Below are positions 12,572 through 25,826 of a DNA stretch of 64,000 nt, piece by piece. The position numbers and the translations under genes are program-made. Under the pieces are notes generated by a model that ran no database searches, was not told the origin of the DNA, and saw only the letters and a program-made list of their open reading frames with translations. The stretch is from assembly GCA_052327205.1 (NCBI GenBank), contig CM126215.1, forward strand, positions 99,448,001 to 99,512,000. Reading direction: 5' to 3'. The stretch's first letter is position 1; every line of letters begins with the position of its first letter. The stretch comes from Somniosus microcephalus (lineage: Eukaryota).

Positions 12572-14439
12572 GTAGGGTATAATTGGGGAGAGGCATGTTG
12601 ATTGATAGGTGAGACGATAGATCTCCTCTTCAATCAGGCTTAATATCTTCAATTATCAGTTGCTGCATTCCCAGTTGTCCATTATTGTTTACATGATTGG
12701 CAGCAGAACAGGGTGCTCCACTGTTGATTTATAGAAGTGTTTAAGGAGGCAGAGGTCCAATTAGTTCCCACCCAGATATTGTGTTGAGGATTTGGCACAA
12801 GGGTAGTAATGGATTATGAGTGAAAAAATTCACAGGTCAGCACTAAACCTCTTAAAGAATTACCAGTTCCAGAGGAAATAATGGCATCAGTACTGACTGT
12901 TTTAGTGTACTTAATATGACATTTTTCCGTCCCAGACATTTTGATAGGAGTAAACTTCTATTTTAATAGCACCAATCTATATGAAAGAGTACTGAAAAGA
13001 AAATTGTTGGATGGTCACCATGAGATTAATAATGAATTATATCACGTTGGAGAAAAGCGTAATATTCTGCCATCATGTGCCCTTAGAATAGGTGGTACAG
13101 ACATTTGTATTTGTGATTTTTGTGAGTTATGGTTTTGCAAACTCTTAAAACAGCTGCTATACACTGCCAGCTATCCTGTCTGCATCCTGCTTCCCTCTAA
13201 CATACAGTTGAGATAAAACCAAAGGGTGAAATTCCTCCTGTTGACAATTTTACTGAAAAAGTTGATGTAAATTTAAGACTGAATTTTTTGTTTTGTATTC
13301 ACACCAACATTTTTGCGGGATTCAAACTGCCTCGATAAGCTTATATTTAGCAGATAAAATAACACTGTATTTAACACCTCTCAGGTTAAGATGAAATTTT
13401 GCTCAGACCCTCATGCTTTATAATACCATTTGAACCCCTCGATGTGTTGCTGCCTTGTAAAACACACCTGCTTGTGGGTTATCTTATAGGGATGTATTCA
13501 TGTTTAGTCTGACAATTTTTAATACCTAATTTTTAATGTCCAGTGTGGGATTGTTACTGTTATAATGTTCTGAATTAAGTTTATTTTGCATTGTAGCTTA
13601 ACAATCGGTTCCAACCAAAGACAAATTTTCTGAAGGCAAATACTGAATGACATTGATTCTGGTGACGGCGGGAAATTTGTGCTGAGATGCTAACAGAAAA
13701 GCCCAAAGTACATTGTTGGTCTCATGCACATCGCAGCAACCTTGGTCAAATTGGTATTGCTACTTCTTGGTTCCAGCTGGCCTTTCATAGCAGTATATGA
13801 TGCTCTTGCACAGAATGTCTGAGAGTTTAATAATGAATACTCAGTGCATGCAAAAGTCCTGCCCAACATTAATTCTGCCCATTCAAAGTGGACATTTAAG
13901 GCAAGGTGAGCTCATAAGGGAAAATTAGGGGGTGAATTTGGACTTAGGCCTGAACGCAAAACAGGCTGAATCGCGTTTGCCACGCGTTATACAACACACC
14001 CAATGTTCAGTTCAATTAAAGTCAATAATGATGGAATTGGGCCCAAGAAGTAGCAATACCAATTTGACCAAGGTTGCTGCGATGTGCATGAGACTGAAAA
14101 TAATGATGGAATTTTCTTTGAAAGTTCCACTAAACCCAGTTTTGAATGCTTTAAGTGATAGAAACAAAATAAGGCACACCAGCAAGATCAGCTCGCACCA
14201 GAGCCAGACTGCCTGCACCTGCCATTATGCCATCAAGCATATTTACAGGTCCTGGCACACACTTATCTGGCAATGATAGGGAACCCGAACTCCAAAGGCT
14301 CCAAGTTAGCGCAGAGGTAATTACACAGCTATGCGATCAACTATAAGGATATTTACAGAGCACCTCCGCCACATTGACTTCTTCCCTCCACTATTATTGC
14401 TCCACCTCTTTCCAGGCCTGTATAGGAATCTACGGCCAA

Positions 14440-15275
14440 TTGTCAGACTACTTGTCCGACATTCACTAATAGATGAGCAGAAATTTCCTCCAACTAAGTA
14501 TTGGGAAGACCCGCCACAAATTCTGTTCCCTAGCCACCGACTGTATCCCTCTCCATGGCAACTGTCTGAGGTTGAACCAGACTGTTTGCAATCTTGGTGT
14601 TGTATTTGACCCCGAGATGAACTTCCGACCACATATCCACACCATCACTAAGACTGCCTACTTCCACCTCCATAACATCGCCCGACTCCGCCCTTGCCTC
14701 AGCTCACCTGCTGCTGAAACCCTCATCCATGCCTTTGTTACCTCTAGATTTGACTTTACCAATGCACTCCTGGTCAGATTCCCATCTTCCACCCTCCATA
14801 AACTTAAGCTCATCCAAAACTCTGCTGCCTGTATCCTAACTCGCGCCAAGTCCCGGTCACCCATCACCCCTGTGCTCGCTGCCGTACATTGGCTCCCAGT
14901 TGAGCTACACCCAATTTTAAAATTCTCATCCTTGTTTTCAAATCCCTCAATGGCCTCACCTCTCCCCATATCTGTAACCTCCTCCAGCCCTACAACCCTC
15001 CAAGATATCTGCGCTCCTCCAATTCTGGCCTCTTGCGCATCCCCAATGTTAATTGCTCCACCATTGGTGGCCGTGCCTTCAGCTGCTGAGGACCTAAGCT
15101 CTGGAATTCCCTCCCTAAACCTCTCCGACTCTATACCTCTCTTTCCTCCTTAAAGATGCTCCTTAAAACCTACCTTTTTGCCCTAATATCTCCTTCTGTG
15201 GCTCGGTGTCAAATTGTGTTTGATAACGCTCCTGTGAAGCACCTTGGGATGCTATATAAATGCAAGTTGTTGTTG
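14440..15275 (+). mobile_element. L2 LINE ORF2 3' region
   Basis: NLGVVFDPEMNF..KTAYFHLHNIARLRP..LIHAFVTSRFD..HWLPV; (ttg)n tail. Confidence 0.9.
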
Positions 15276-15381
15276 TAACCAGTTTGTTGCTGACATGCAT
15301 TAACCAAGTGGCTCATTATTTGTTCAGCAGGGTTACCACTCCATCTCCTTTCACATTGAGTATCAACAGTAACATAACATG

Positions 15382-15614
15382 AAATAAGAACAGAAAATGC
15401 TGGAGATACTCAGCAGGTCAGGCAGCATCTGTGAAGAGAGAAACAGATTTAACGTTTCAGGTCGATAACCTTTCATCAGTTCTGACAAAAGGTCATCGAC
15501 CTGAAACGTTAACTCTTGTTTCTCTCTTCACAGATGCTGCCTGACCTGCTGAGTATCTCCAGCATTTTCTGTTTTTATTTCAGATTTCCAACATCTGCAG
15601 TATTTTCTTTTTGT
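15382..15614. mobile_element. Palindromic Penelope-like element with hammerhead motifs
   Basis: ~95-bp inverted arms, perfect 14-bp TSD agtaacataacatg, CTGATGA..GAAAC core on the - strand. Confidence 0.75.
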
Positions 15615-15889
15615 AGTAACATAACATGGCTGCCCAACTTCTGATGTATATTGTGGCTAGGGTGTGTTACAAGGATTTGTTATGTGAAGACTTCAGTGCT
15701 ACAGCAGTTCCTTATGCAAATAATATCCTGTATTGTGCAATTCTATATATTGTACATGCATGACAAGTATTGAAAGGGATGTAAGGCTTTGGAGGAGCGA
15801 GCAGTACAAGGACAGTAGATTTTGAGGGCACGCTTTGTGGCATCATACCCAGGACAGATACTTCATGTAGGAATCTTCTGGGTAGCATT

Positions 15890-16557
15890 AACATAGAAAC
15901 ATAGACGATAGGAGCAGGAGTAGGCCATTCGGCCCCTCAAGCCTGCTCCGCCATTCAATGAGATCATGGCTGATCATCCAAATTCAGTACCCTGTCCCTG
16001 CTTTCTCCCCATACCCCTTGATCCCTTTAGCCTTAAGAAATATATCCAACTCCTTCCTGAATATATTTAATGAATTGGCCTCTACTGCCTTCTGTGGTAG
16101 AGAATTCCACAGGTTCACCACACTCTGGGTGAAGTAATTCCTCCTCATCTCTGTCCTAACTGGCTTACCCCTTATCCTTAGACTGTGACCCCTGGTTCTG
16201 GACTCCCCGACCATCGGGAACATCCTGCCTGCATCTAGTCTGTCTAGTCCTGTTAGAATTTTATAAGTTTCAATGAGATCCCCTCTCATTCTTCTAAACT
16301 CCAGCGAGTATAAGCCCAATCGACCCAATTTCTCCTCATACGTTATTCCTGCCATCCCAGGTATCAGCCTGGTGAATCTTCGCTGCACTCCCTCCATGGC
16401 AAGAACATCCTTCCTCAGATAAGGTGACCAAAACTGCACACAATACTCAATATGTGGTCTCACCAAGGCCCTGTACAACTGCAGCAAGACATCCTTGTTC
16501 CTGTACTCAAACCCTCTCGCTACGAAGGCCAACATACCATTTGCCTTCTTAACCGCC
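15890..16557 (-). mobile_element. Young CR1 (HER1-like) LINE 3' end
   Basis: ORF 15984..16580 (KKANGMLAF..LVRPHIEYCVQFWSP..RRFTRLIPG). Confidence 0.93.
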
Positions 16558-17332
16558 TCAGCTCTGCCACCTACTTTCACAGTTGCAGCCAGGTCGACAT
16601 GGCGTTGCAGAGATCATAAGCCCTGCCAGCTATTTCTTGCTAGGTGTTCTGAAGGGCTCTTCTCTGTGGAGGCTGCTCTTGGATGCCAAGGAGGAAAACC
16701 CTGCTATTTGTCTTATTGACTGCATTAGCACTGCAAGGGTACCATCTACTAAATAGCCAGAGTTTGTTCAGGAACTTACCATTGATGAGAAATAGTGTGC
16801 ATCTTTAAACCCCTTCCCTTTAGCTCATCTGAAATAGGAACATCGGTCATGTGCGTCATTGATTTTCATTACAAATTTCTTTAATCAATGTATTTTATTT
16901 GTTGCTCATCGGGGTAAGCTTTAAATAACAGCTTTACTGCAGTTTGCTCACCACGGACTTTGCAGCCAATTAGGGTTCTTTTTGAGGGAATTTCCCCATC
17001 TCACAATTTTTAAAAAAAGTAATTGAAAAATGTTGAGCATCATTACAAAACAAAATGCAGTAATTCACTTGGTTTGTAACCTTGTGATTTTTCACTCAGG
17101 TTAAAAAAAATAAACTGCTCAATCACCTTCCTTGCCAGTGCACACTCTTTGCAACTGTACATAACTGTACAAATTCCCCCCACCCACCTCACTCACTTCT
17201 AGGACAGTAATTATTGATAGGAACAACATTTTTACAAGTTGTCCCTTGCACTGTGCGTACATCCCAGAGAGTCACTGTAACGTTTCATTTCTTTTTACCC
17301 TACATCCATTCCTTATTAACATTGCAATCCAA

Positions 17333-18074
17333 GGGGAAAATTTCGGTATCGACCATTTTGGGGCGCTAACTTCGCCTGGGCGCTAACTTCAGCGCCTGGT
17401 GCTAATTAGCGCCGGTGACCACGAAATTCAGTTTTAGCGCCCCAAAAGGGAATTGGAGCGCTAAATCAAGCACTTCACTTCCTTCTTAGAGCGCTAACTC
17501 CGAATATGGGGCTGGTGCGTTCTGCAGCACTGGGCCACATAACGCTGCCGCATGGAAGGGCTCCTCCCCTCATTAAAGGGGAGGGCCCAAGTCCACAACT
17601 CTGCGGGGCCCTACCTGGACCGCCGAGAAGCGGGGTGCCGTGCCAGCAGCCCGGCATGCAAGAGGAGTGCTGGGTGCCAGATTGCAGCACGGACCCCGCG
17701 TTGAAAGAGGCAACGGGCCGCAACAAGTAAGTCGGGCGCTTTTTTTCCCCGCCCGCCACCTTCCCTTTACTTAGCGCCCCGCGAGCCTCCTGCCGCTGCG
17801 TTCCCACCCCCTGAATCGGTCGCTGTCATCGCCTGGCGCAGATTCAGGGGGCGCGGGCCAATTTTACAGGCGGGGCAAAAACAGGGCACTGCGCACGGTG
17901 ATGTCGTCATCACCTGCACAGCGGATCGGGGCGCTACCAGTTACTGCTGCCGCTAAATTCCCTCTGAATGTAGTGGGAGTTGGTAGCGGTGCCGCGCCCG
18001 GGCAAAAAGTCGTTTGCGCCCCATTAGCACCGGGGACGCTAACGAGAGGCGCAAATGCATCAAATTTCTAGCCC
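17333..18074. mobile_element. GC-rich non-autonomous DNA transposon (Harbinger-type MITE)
   Basis: ggggaaaattt / aaatttctagccc imperfect TIRs, CAA on both flanks, repeated gcgctaa subterminal motifs. Confidence 0.6.
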
Positions 18075-18534
18075 CAAGTACCTAATGTTAGTTTTCAAAT
18101 GCTGCATACACATTTCCATGGCTGGATAACAATCCTATTAGTTTCCATTCCCAAGCACTTCTTTGCTTTTGTAATTTTGCGTAGTAATCTTTCACTTTAG
18201 TATGGAGGGGAGAAGAAAAAGTGACCACTTTAAACGGCTCAACCCTTTAAGAGCCCACGCCAATCTAGGAAACCTCACCTCTCAGTGTGTGAGCTTCCTG
18301 CACTCGGCCGATGAGCAAGTGGAGGTTGCATGGAATGCACAATGATGCCTGATCCCGGGAGTTTCGGCAGGATTGGCCATGCAGAAGCAGTCAGTCCGCA
18401 TGGCCGGCTGTACCTGCCCTAGGAGCGTTTTAACTGGGAAATCCACTCTTTTGTGTTTGGATCACCACATCTAAGAGCAGCACTTTTTGTCTGTGGAGAA
18501 CTGTACAAGAAAAAGGCAGAGTAATTTTTAATTT

Positions 18535-18670
18535 TTTTAATTTATTAATTCACGGGATGTGGGCGTCGCTGGCAAGGCCAGCATTTATTGCCCATCCCTA
18601 ATTGCCTTTCTCAAGGTGGTGGTGAGCGCCTTCTTGAAACGCTGCAGTCCGTGTGGTGAAGGTGCTCCCA
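18535..18670 (-). mobile_element. CR1-group LINE extreme 3' end
   Basis: Matches the start of 11601..12571. Confidence 0.8.
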
Positions 18671-18960
18671 TATGTGGAGACCTTTTGAAAATCGACTTTT
18701 ACAAATTGCCGCTGATAAATTCCCAGATTTTTCTAGGTTGCTGGATTGGTGACAACATATTTCCGCCCATTCTCACCTTTAAAAAAAACCCCAGACTTTC
18801 CCCTGCTCCCAGTCAATCCTGAGATGAGAGTGACGTTATCACAAACGTTATTGAAAATAAATAAAAAGGCCCTTCAGAATACAGGGGGATGGTTTTCTTT
18901 GTTAGCTACTGCGGATAAATCATAACAACATGTCCACAGGTTCAGATCAATAGTCACCAG

Positions 18961-19290
18961 AGAAAAGAAAGACGTGCATTTCTATAGTGACTTTCATAAC
19001 ATCAGGACACCCCAAAGCGCTTTACAGCCAATGAAGTACTTTTTGGAGTGTAGTCACTGTTGTAATGTAGGAAACGCGGCAGCCAATTTGTGCACAGCAA
19101 GCTCCCATAAACAGCAATGTGATAATGACCAGATAATTTGTTTTAGTGATGTTGATTGAGGGACAAATATTGGCCGGGACACTGGGGATAACTTGCCTGC
19201 TCTTTTTCAAAATAGTCCCATGGGATCTTTTACATCCACCTGAGAGAGCAGACGGCGTCCCAATTTAATGTCTCATCCGAAAGAGGACAT
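18961..19290 (-). mobile_element. Deu-domain SINE (SacSINE1-like), 5'-truncated
   Basis: Reverse complement collinear with 20982..21448. Confidence 0.85.
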
Positions 19291-20448
19291 CCTCCCACGT
19301 GGAGCTTAGCCACTGATTGGGCAGGGTGAGGGTATAAGATGTCTACCCTACATTGACTAGTGATTGTACAGGATCGGATTACGATGCTTATTAATCCCAT
19401 CAATTTGCCCAGTAAGACTTGCTAAAAATATTGGCCCAGAATTTGCTGGAGCGGGGAATCTCGCGGCGTGCCCCATTAGTTAGACTTCTTCCCTCATCCC
19501 ATTTGACATCTGCAAATCTGAGCAATAAAGCACTGAACTACTGCTTTTATTTATATTATTGCTACCAGAGATGTTATTGTTCACTGTGGCCTTCCCTTCT
19601 CATGCAGTCCAGAAGCATGAAAGCTTTCAGTGTACGGCACATATTGGTGTGGTCTGAATTAGAAAAGGTTGACAGTTCCTGATTATTTTGTTCCTATTCA
19701 AAAGCATTCCTGGGAAGCTGAATCTTCACTTTAATCTACACGACCAAAGAGAAGTTTATTGCCTGATATGGATTGTTCCCCCTACAGGTGCTCGTGAAAA
19801 ATATCACAAATTATTAAAAGCCATTTAACGACATGATATAGTAAGTCTGTGCTTCACTTACTATTATTACAGCTGCGGCCTGTTTCAGTTCAAGATCTAG
19901 ACGTGCTCCCTTTAAAAGGACATATATCTTTTGACAATCAAACAGCCCTGCTATAAATAAAAATGTAACATTTCAGATCTGTTGTACTATTCAGCTGGGG
20001 CAAGGCAAAGGATTGTTATTTCTTAAGATATTGTGGAATCCTGGCAGACTGACTGTTTCTTGATTAATATAACAGTCTGCTAAACATGTATGCAAAATCT
20101 GAGGTAGAACAGGAATAATAAATGCTGGTTCGGAAGCTGATCTGAATAATAACCGACACGCTAAATCTTCCTTTCCAATGTGCACGATCTCTTGTTCATT
20201 TTATTCCTGAACTGTATCAAAGTTCATGGCACTGGCTCTATGTGAGTTTTACCCACGCAGATTGAGAATAAACAAAAGTCCGTAAAATAACATGGGTTGC
20301 CTTCAGGGCAATTGGAGAACACTACTAAGTTTACAAGGCCTGCATCAACATGTAAACTATCGGCCTACTTAGATGACAGTTCCACGTCAGTGTTCCCTCA
20401 TGAGCATTTGTCAAAAGTATTAGCAAAGAGTTCCTGATCTAAACTGTA

Positions 20449-20463
20449 CCACCAGGGGGAGCT
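20449..20463 (+). promoter_or_regulatory. Candidate CTCF site
   Basis: CCACCAGGGGGAGCT matches the CTCF core consensus; motif match only. Confidence 0.35.
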
Positions 20464-20981
20464 GTAGAGCAACAACCAGGGGAGCGTGGGAAAAATGGAA
20501 AGGGAGGCATCTCTCGACCCACTCTCAGACCTGCTCGAGGTAGAGGATCTAGGAACCGGTTATCTGTCCTTTTGTCCAGTGTGTGGCCGAGGGAGACCTA
20601 AGGGAATGGGCAAAGTCTCTTGAAGAAAACATCAGTGCATTGAAATCCTGAAGTAGGGTGGATATATGTTTTAACAATGGCAGAGGTGTTGGCTACTCCT
20701 ATGCTGTCGATATCTGTGAATGTGTCTGAATTTCAGGAGTGAGTTCTTCCTCACACTTTCAAGGATTTCACCGGCGTTTTCAAGCCTGGATTTTTTTTCT
20801 ACCCCTCTTGTAAAACACCCTGAGGGTGATATTCTTACTCGTGGTGGATGGATGTTAAAAATAGCAGTGGCGCTGCAAAATAGATTTCCCCCTTGTCCTG
20901 AGAGCTGGAGCAATATGCTTGGGATGTAATCTTGTTTATTTTATTATTTCAAAACATTTTAGTTATTTTTTGATTGCAAGT

Positions 20982-21448
20982 GTCAGCCGAAGCTCAATGG
21001 GTAGTGCCCTCGCCTCTGAGTCAGAAGGTTGTGGGTTCAAGTCCCACTCCAGAGACTTGAGCACATAAAGCTAGGCTGACACTCCAGTGCAGTGCTGAGG
21101 AAATGCTGCGCTGTCGGAGGTGCCGTCTTTCGGATGAGACGTTAAACCGAAGCCCCGTCTGCTCGCTCGGGGATGTAAAAGATCCCATGGCACTATTTCG
21201 AAGAAGAGCAGGGGAGTTATCCCCGGTGTCCTGGCCAATCTTTATCCCTGAACCAACATAACAAAAAAACAGATTATCTGGTCATTATCACATTGCTGTT
21301 TGTGGGAGCTTGCTGTGCGCAAATTGGCTGCTGCGTTTCCTACATTACAACAGTAACTACACTCCAAAAAGTACTTCATTGACTGTAAAGCGCATTGGGA
21401 CATCCGGTGGTCGTGAAAGGTGCTATATAAATGCAAGTCTTCTTTTTT
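20982..21448 (+). mobile_element. Full-length tRNA-derived Deu-domain SINE (SacSINE1-like)
   Basis: A box-like (agctcaatggg) and B box-like (ggttcaagtccc) motifs, Deu core gatgagacgttaaaccga..aaagatcccatggcact..tcctggccaa, L2-like tail gctatataaatgcaagtct. Confidence 0.88.
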
Positions 21449-22574
21449 CATGCTGCTGTGGGAAAGTACATTGGTAAATTGCACGTGTATGTGTTGGGAG
21501 TAATGTATGTTTAAGGGTTGCAGCAATTCATTCGGTCTTAGTTCCTGTTTGGGCTGCTTTCGAAGGGAACAGGCTGGCAATACTATTTCCCCCTTTTGTG
21601 GTGAATGCTTTTGGTGGTGCAGATAAGGCTGGTGGGAGCTTGCCTAACCCCTGTTGTTATAGCTATCATCAGCCCCCTGGGTGCCCTTCATTGATTAATA
21701 CGGCCCCAGTGAATACAGTTGGACTTGAGCCACAAAATGTTAGAAAAAAAAGAACGTCCCCTACCGACTCTCTGCAATGGCAGCCACTGTACAAAAAGTC
21801 TTCTTGGGGAATTATTGATCATTTAAGTTTATGGTCTGCTATATATCCAGGATTAAAAAAAACTGTAGGTTCGCGATGGAGAATGTCAGAAAATTCACAC
21901 AGTGAGGCCTACCGCTGCCTCACTGGGATTTCCCTCACCTCCCCCTCCCCTCAGGAACCTCGATGCCAGCTCCAACCCCGCCCTCCTCATGCAGAGGTGG
22001 CAGTAGGCCCCGGGAAGCTGCGTTAAATACCCAAATGGAAGGAGAGGACCTTGTAGTGACCTTATTTTCCTCCAGGTGGCTCCAGGGATTTACCCGCTGA
22101 AGGACTGGGTCTTGCCCGAGGTGAATGGGAGGTGTCGTTCCAATCTTTGGGGCGCTTCTGCCCCTTTAAATCCCTTGTTGGATCTCCGGGTGCTGCGCAA
22201 CGCCAGAGATTCCTGGCTTGCGCTGGCGGGCTCCTCTTGACAGCAGGAATCCCAACAGGAGCCCGCTGTGCATGTCTAATGAGTGCTGATGAAGGAAAAT
22301 GGGTTGGGGCTGGGGCAGACCTGCAGGGAGGGACCGCCCACTAAAACTGTGCCTTAAAGAGGAAAATCCAGGGCCTAATGTCTGGAAATAGTCAGGATTC
22401 TATCAGAGTCACTAACAGTAGGGTTGCTATCAGAGTCACTAACAGTAACTCCTCCAGGAATTGCTTGTGATAAAGCCCTTCTTTTTGCATTGCAGTATTT
22501 ACAGGGAATCTGAAAAATCTGACGTGTTAATATATTGTGAGATAAATCTTGTCACATGCATGTCAGGTGATGTT

Positions 22575-22775
22575 TGGTGGAAATCTGGAACTCTCCCTCC
22601 CAAAAAGCTGTTGAGGCTGGGGGTCAATTGAAAATTTCAAAATTGAGATTGATGGATTTTTGTTAGGCAAGGCAGATAGATGGAGTTAAGATACAGATCA
22701 GCCATGATCTAATTGAATGGCGGAACAGGCTCGAGGAGTTGAATGGCCTACTCCTGTTGCTATGTTCCCATGTTC
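22575..22775 (+). mobile_element. CR1 LINE 3' fragment
   Basis: IWNSLP..gatcagccatgatct..gaatggcctactcctg. Confidence 0.8.
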
Positions 22776-24178
22776 CTACATAACATGATCAAAATGTTAA
22801 ATGTGTAGCGATTGACATCAATGTCACAGAAATAGACTGAATAAGCCATGCTTCATTGGTTGGAAAATATTTAGGAATAAGAAAGGACCTTGTGAAAAAG
22901 CATGCTTGATGAGACCCAAGAACTTACTTCTCTGGGTTTACTTCCTCCTGAAGATGTTCCATTATTTCGTCAGTAAACTTTGGAATTGTTGAATTTGACC
23001 AATAAGTTCTTCATTTCACTGTTACTTCACTAGTAATTGAAACAGTTAACCTCGTGTCTTTCACTGACCTGCGTCAGAGAAGGATTCTTATTTAAAATCC
23101 ATTTCTTATTAAAAATGTTTCCTTTGGGATAATCGCTGTGCGAGCTGTCAGACAGCTCGAGTGCCCTTGGTTTTACTGGGGAATATCCCGCCGTACCAGT
23201 GAGAAATCGTTGTTTAATACCCGAGCCTGCTGCCCTTAAACTGCTGCCTGCGATTTGCAACATTGCTGATGTCCTAGGAGGATTGCCCTTTAAATCTAAA
23301 CTTCCTTATCTCCCTGGAGACTTGGGGTGGGGGGGTGAAAGGCCGTACCAGGAAACTATAAAATAGAAAAAATGTGACAAACACGTTATTAGTTATTGAT
23401 GAAATGCAATATAGTTCAAAGCACGAAGGTGAAATGAGTAAAAACGAACCTAGCGGTAATATAAAGGTGTGGAAACTGCCTTTGCCCCTCAGTCAGGCAC
23501 ACACCAGCATGAAAGCACTTTGTGCCTCCTTCTACCTAAAAGCAAATGAATTTTTTTTAATGGTTTTAAATTCTATAAATTCCATTGCTGTCAGCTCATT
23601 TTACTATTAAAAGAAAATAAAAGCCGCAAGGGTTGATGAATCGCGAGTCTGTATCCTTCTTCCCCAGACAATAACAAGCCCCTTTGCTCAAGACAGTGTT
23701 CGCCTCCCTTCCTGATTGCAGACTCCCACAGCACTTGTGGCAGCCCCGTTCAAATGTTAATGCCTCACAGATGTGTTGCAAGGATCCCCATGGCTACAGG
23801 TGTGAAACCATATTTGTACAAGTGGAACTTACCACATAACATGCAGCATATTCATCGCTCCTATGTATGTCTTGTCTGATCCTTGATTTTAACAAACAGA
23901 CCATACTGGCCAGGACAGAAGTATTTGCCTCAGCACCCATATGTTACGGAGGGTAAAAGTTACTATCCAGTGACCCCTGCGTGAAGTGAGAACAGGATTG
24001 GTCTCCGCTGTGATGCCTTACACAGTTGAATAGCCGGTTGCCACTCACTGTCTAGCCTCATACATGAAGTGGTGAGGTACCATAGGGCTCCTATGTGGAA
24101 CTGTACCCCAGAAAGAATCAGCCGCTGTAGGTGGAAGAAAATTTTAAAAAATGGGATGCCTTCTTTCGAAGAAGAGCA

Positions 24179-24602
24179 ACCACAAAAACAACTTGTATTT
24201 ATATAGTGCCTTTAACATAGTAAAACGTCCCAAGGTGCTTCACAGGAGTATTAAAAGACAAAAAATTTGACACCGAGCCACAAAAGGATAAATTAGGGCA
24301 GGTGACCAAAAGCTTGGTCAAAGAGGTAGGTTTTAAGGAGCGTCTTAAAGGAGGAAAGAGAGGTAGCGAGGCGGACAGGTTTAGGCAGGGAATTCCAGAG
24401 CTTAGGTCCTAGGCAACAGAAGGCACGGCCACCAATGGTTGAGCGATTAAAATTAGGGATGCTCAAGAGGGCAGAATTAGAGGAGCGCAGATATCTTGGG
24501 GGTTTGTGGGGTTGAAGGAGAATACAGAGATAGGGAGGGGCGAGGCCATGGAGAGACTTGAAAACAAGGATGAGAATTTTGAAATCAAAGCGCTGCTTAA
24601 CC
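24179..24602 (-). mobile_element. L2 LINE 3' end nested in a + strand Deu-SINE fragment (24165..24820)
   Basis: ORF 24293..24667 (FKILILVFKSLHGLAPPYL); the SINE text resumes at gggagttctctcc. Confidence 0.85.
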
Positions 24603-25440
24603 GGGAGTTCTCTCCGGTATCCTGGCCAATATTTATCCCTCAACCAACAGTGTTTAAAAAAAAACACATTATCTGGTCAATTATTTCACTACTGTTTGTG
24701 GGAGCTTGCTGTGCGCAACTTGGCTGCTGCGTTTCCCTACATTATAACAGTAACTACACTCTAAAGTTCTTTGGGACGTCCTGAGGTCGTAAAAAGCGTT
24801 GTATAAATACAAGATTCTTCGTTTTGAGGAAGTTTTTTAACAACATGGATGCAGAATGTAACAGTGCGATGTGCTGTTATTGTGAACATTGTGAAGATTT
24901 ATGGTTGACTCTCAGCGACAGAGATAAGAGAGGACAATGCCTCCTCACCTCCATTTCTGGATCAGTGCTCCCAGTTTATTCTTAACCTTTGACATTTTAA
25001 ACTGTCGTAGAGAGCTTCCTGTTCTCAGTGAGCTTCCTTTTCCCAGTTCTCTAATTCCCCACTTTCTAGTTCCGGCAATCACCTATAAAAATTGTAGGTT
25101 AGCTGAAAGGTCACAGAGGTATTAAGGCTCCATTAATAATATCCCAGGCCAAGGGAAGCCTTATATAACAAAAAAAGACAAGTAATATTTTGCATGATGA
25201 CAATGGGGGAAATCTTGCTTAATTTACTGACATTGGAAGAATATTTTAAAAGTAATAAATCCAAAGTGCATTTCACAGTGAAAAGCAATTGATTGGGAAA
25301 AAATGCTGTCTTGCATTTACAATGAAGAGACGGCATCAGACTGCCTAAAGATCTTTTAAACATCTATGAACTTAACAGAGGGTTCAACTTAACAAAGGTG
25401 TTAGGTTTATAGAGGGATAGGTTCAATAGGCATATACTTA

Positions 25441-25826
25441 CAACAACAACAACTTGTATTTATATAGCGCCTTTAAAATAGTAAAACATCCCAAGGCGCT
25501 GCACAGGAGTATTATAAGACAAAGAAATTTGACACCGATCCACATAAGGATAAGTCAGGGCAGGTGACCAAAAGCTTGGTCAAAGATGTAGGTTTTAAGG
25601 AGCATCTTAAAGGAGGAAAGAGAGGTAGCGAGGCGGACAGGTTTAGGCAGGGAATTCCAGAGCTAAGGGCCTAGGCAACAGGGGGCACAGCCACCAAAGG
25701 TTGAACGATTATAATCAGGGATGCTCAAGAGGGCAGAATTAGAGGAGCGCAGATATCTCGGGAGGGGGGAGGGGGGGTTTGTGGGGCTGAAGGAGATTAC
25801 AGAGATAGGAAGGGGGCGAGGCCATA
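25441..25826 (-). mobile_element. L2 LINE 3' end
   Basis: (caa)n head, collinear with other L2 copies, tactta flanking duplication. Confidence 0.85.

Noticed and set aside
17475-17807. CpG island promoter or ORFs
   Set aside because: Lies inside a TIR-bounded transposon (17333..18074)
20982-21055. tRNA gene
   Set aside because: It is the tRNA-derived head of a SINE and continues into the Deu domain; no complete cloverleaf
22400-22447. 21-bp direct repeat with 6-bp spacer
   Set aside because: Simple local duplication at a TE fragment end; the 28-bp tandem at 62026..62086 and the 21-bp tandem at ~59128..59172 are similar
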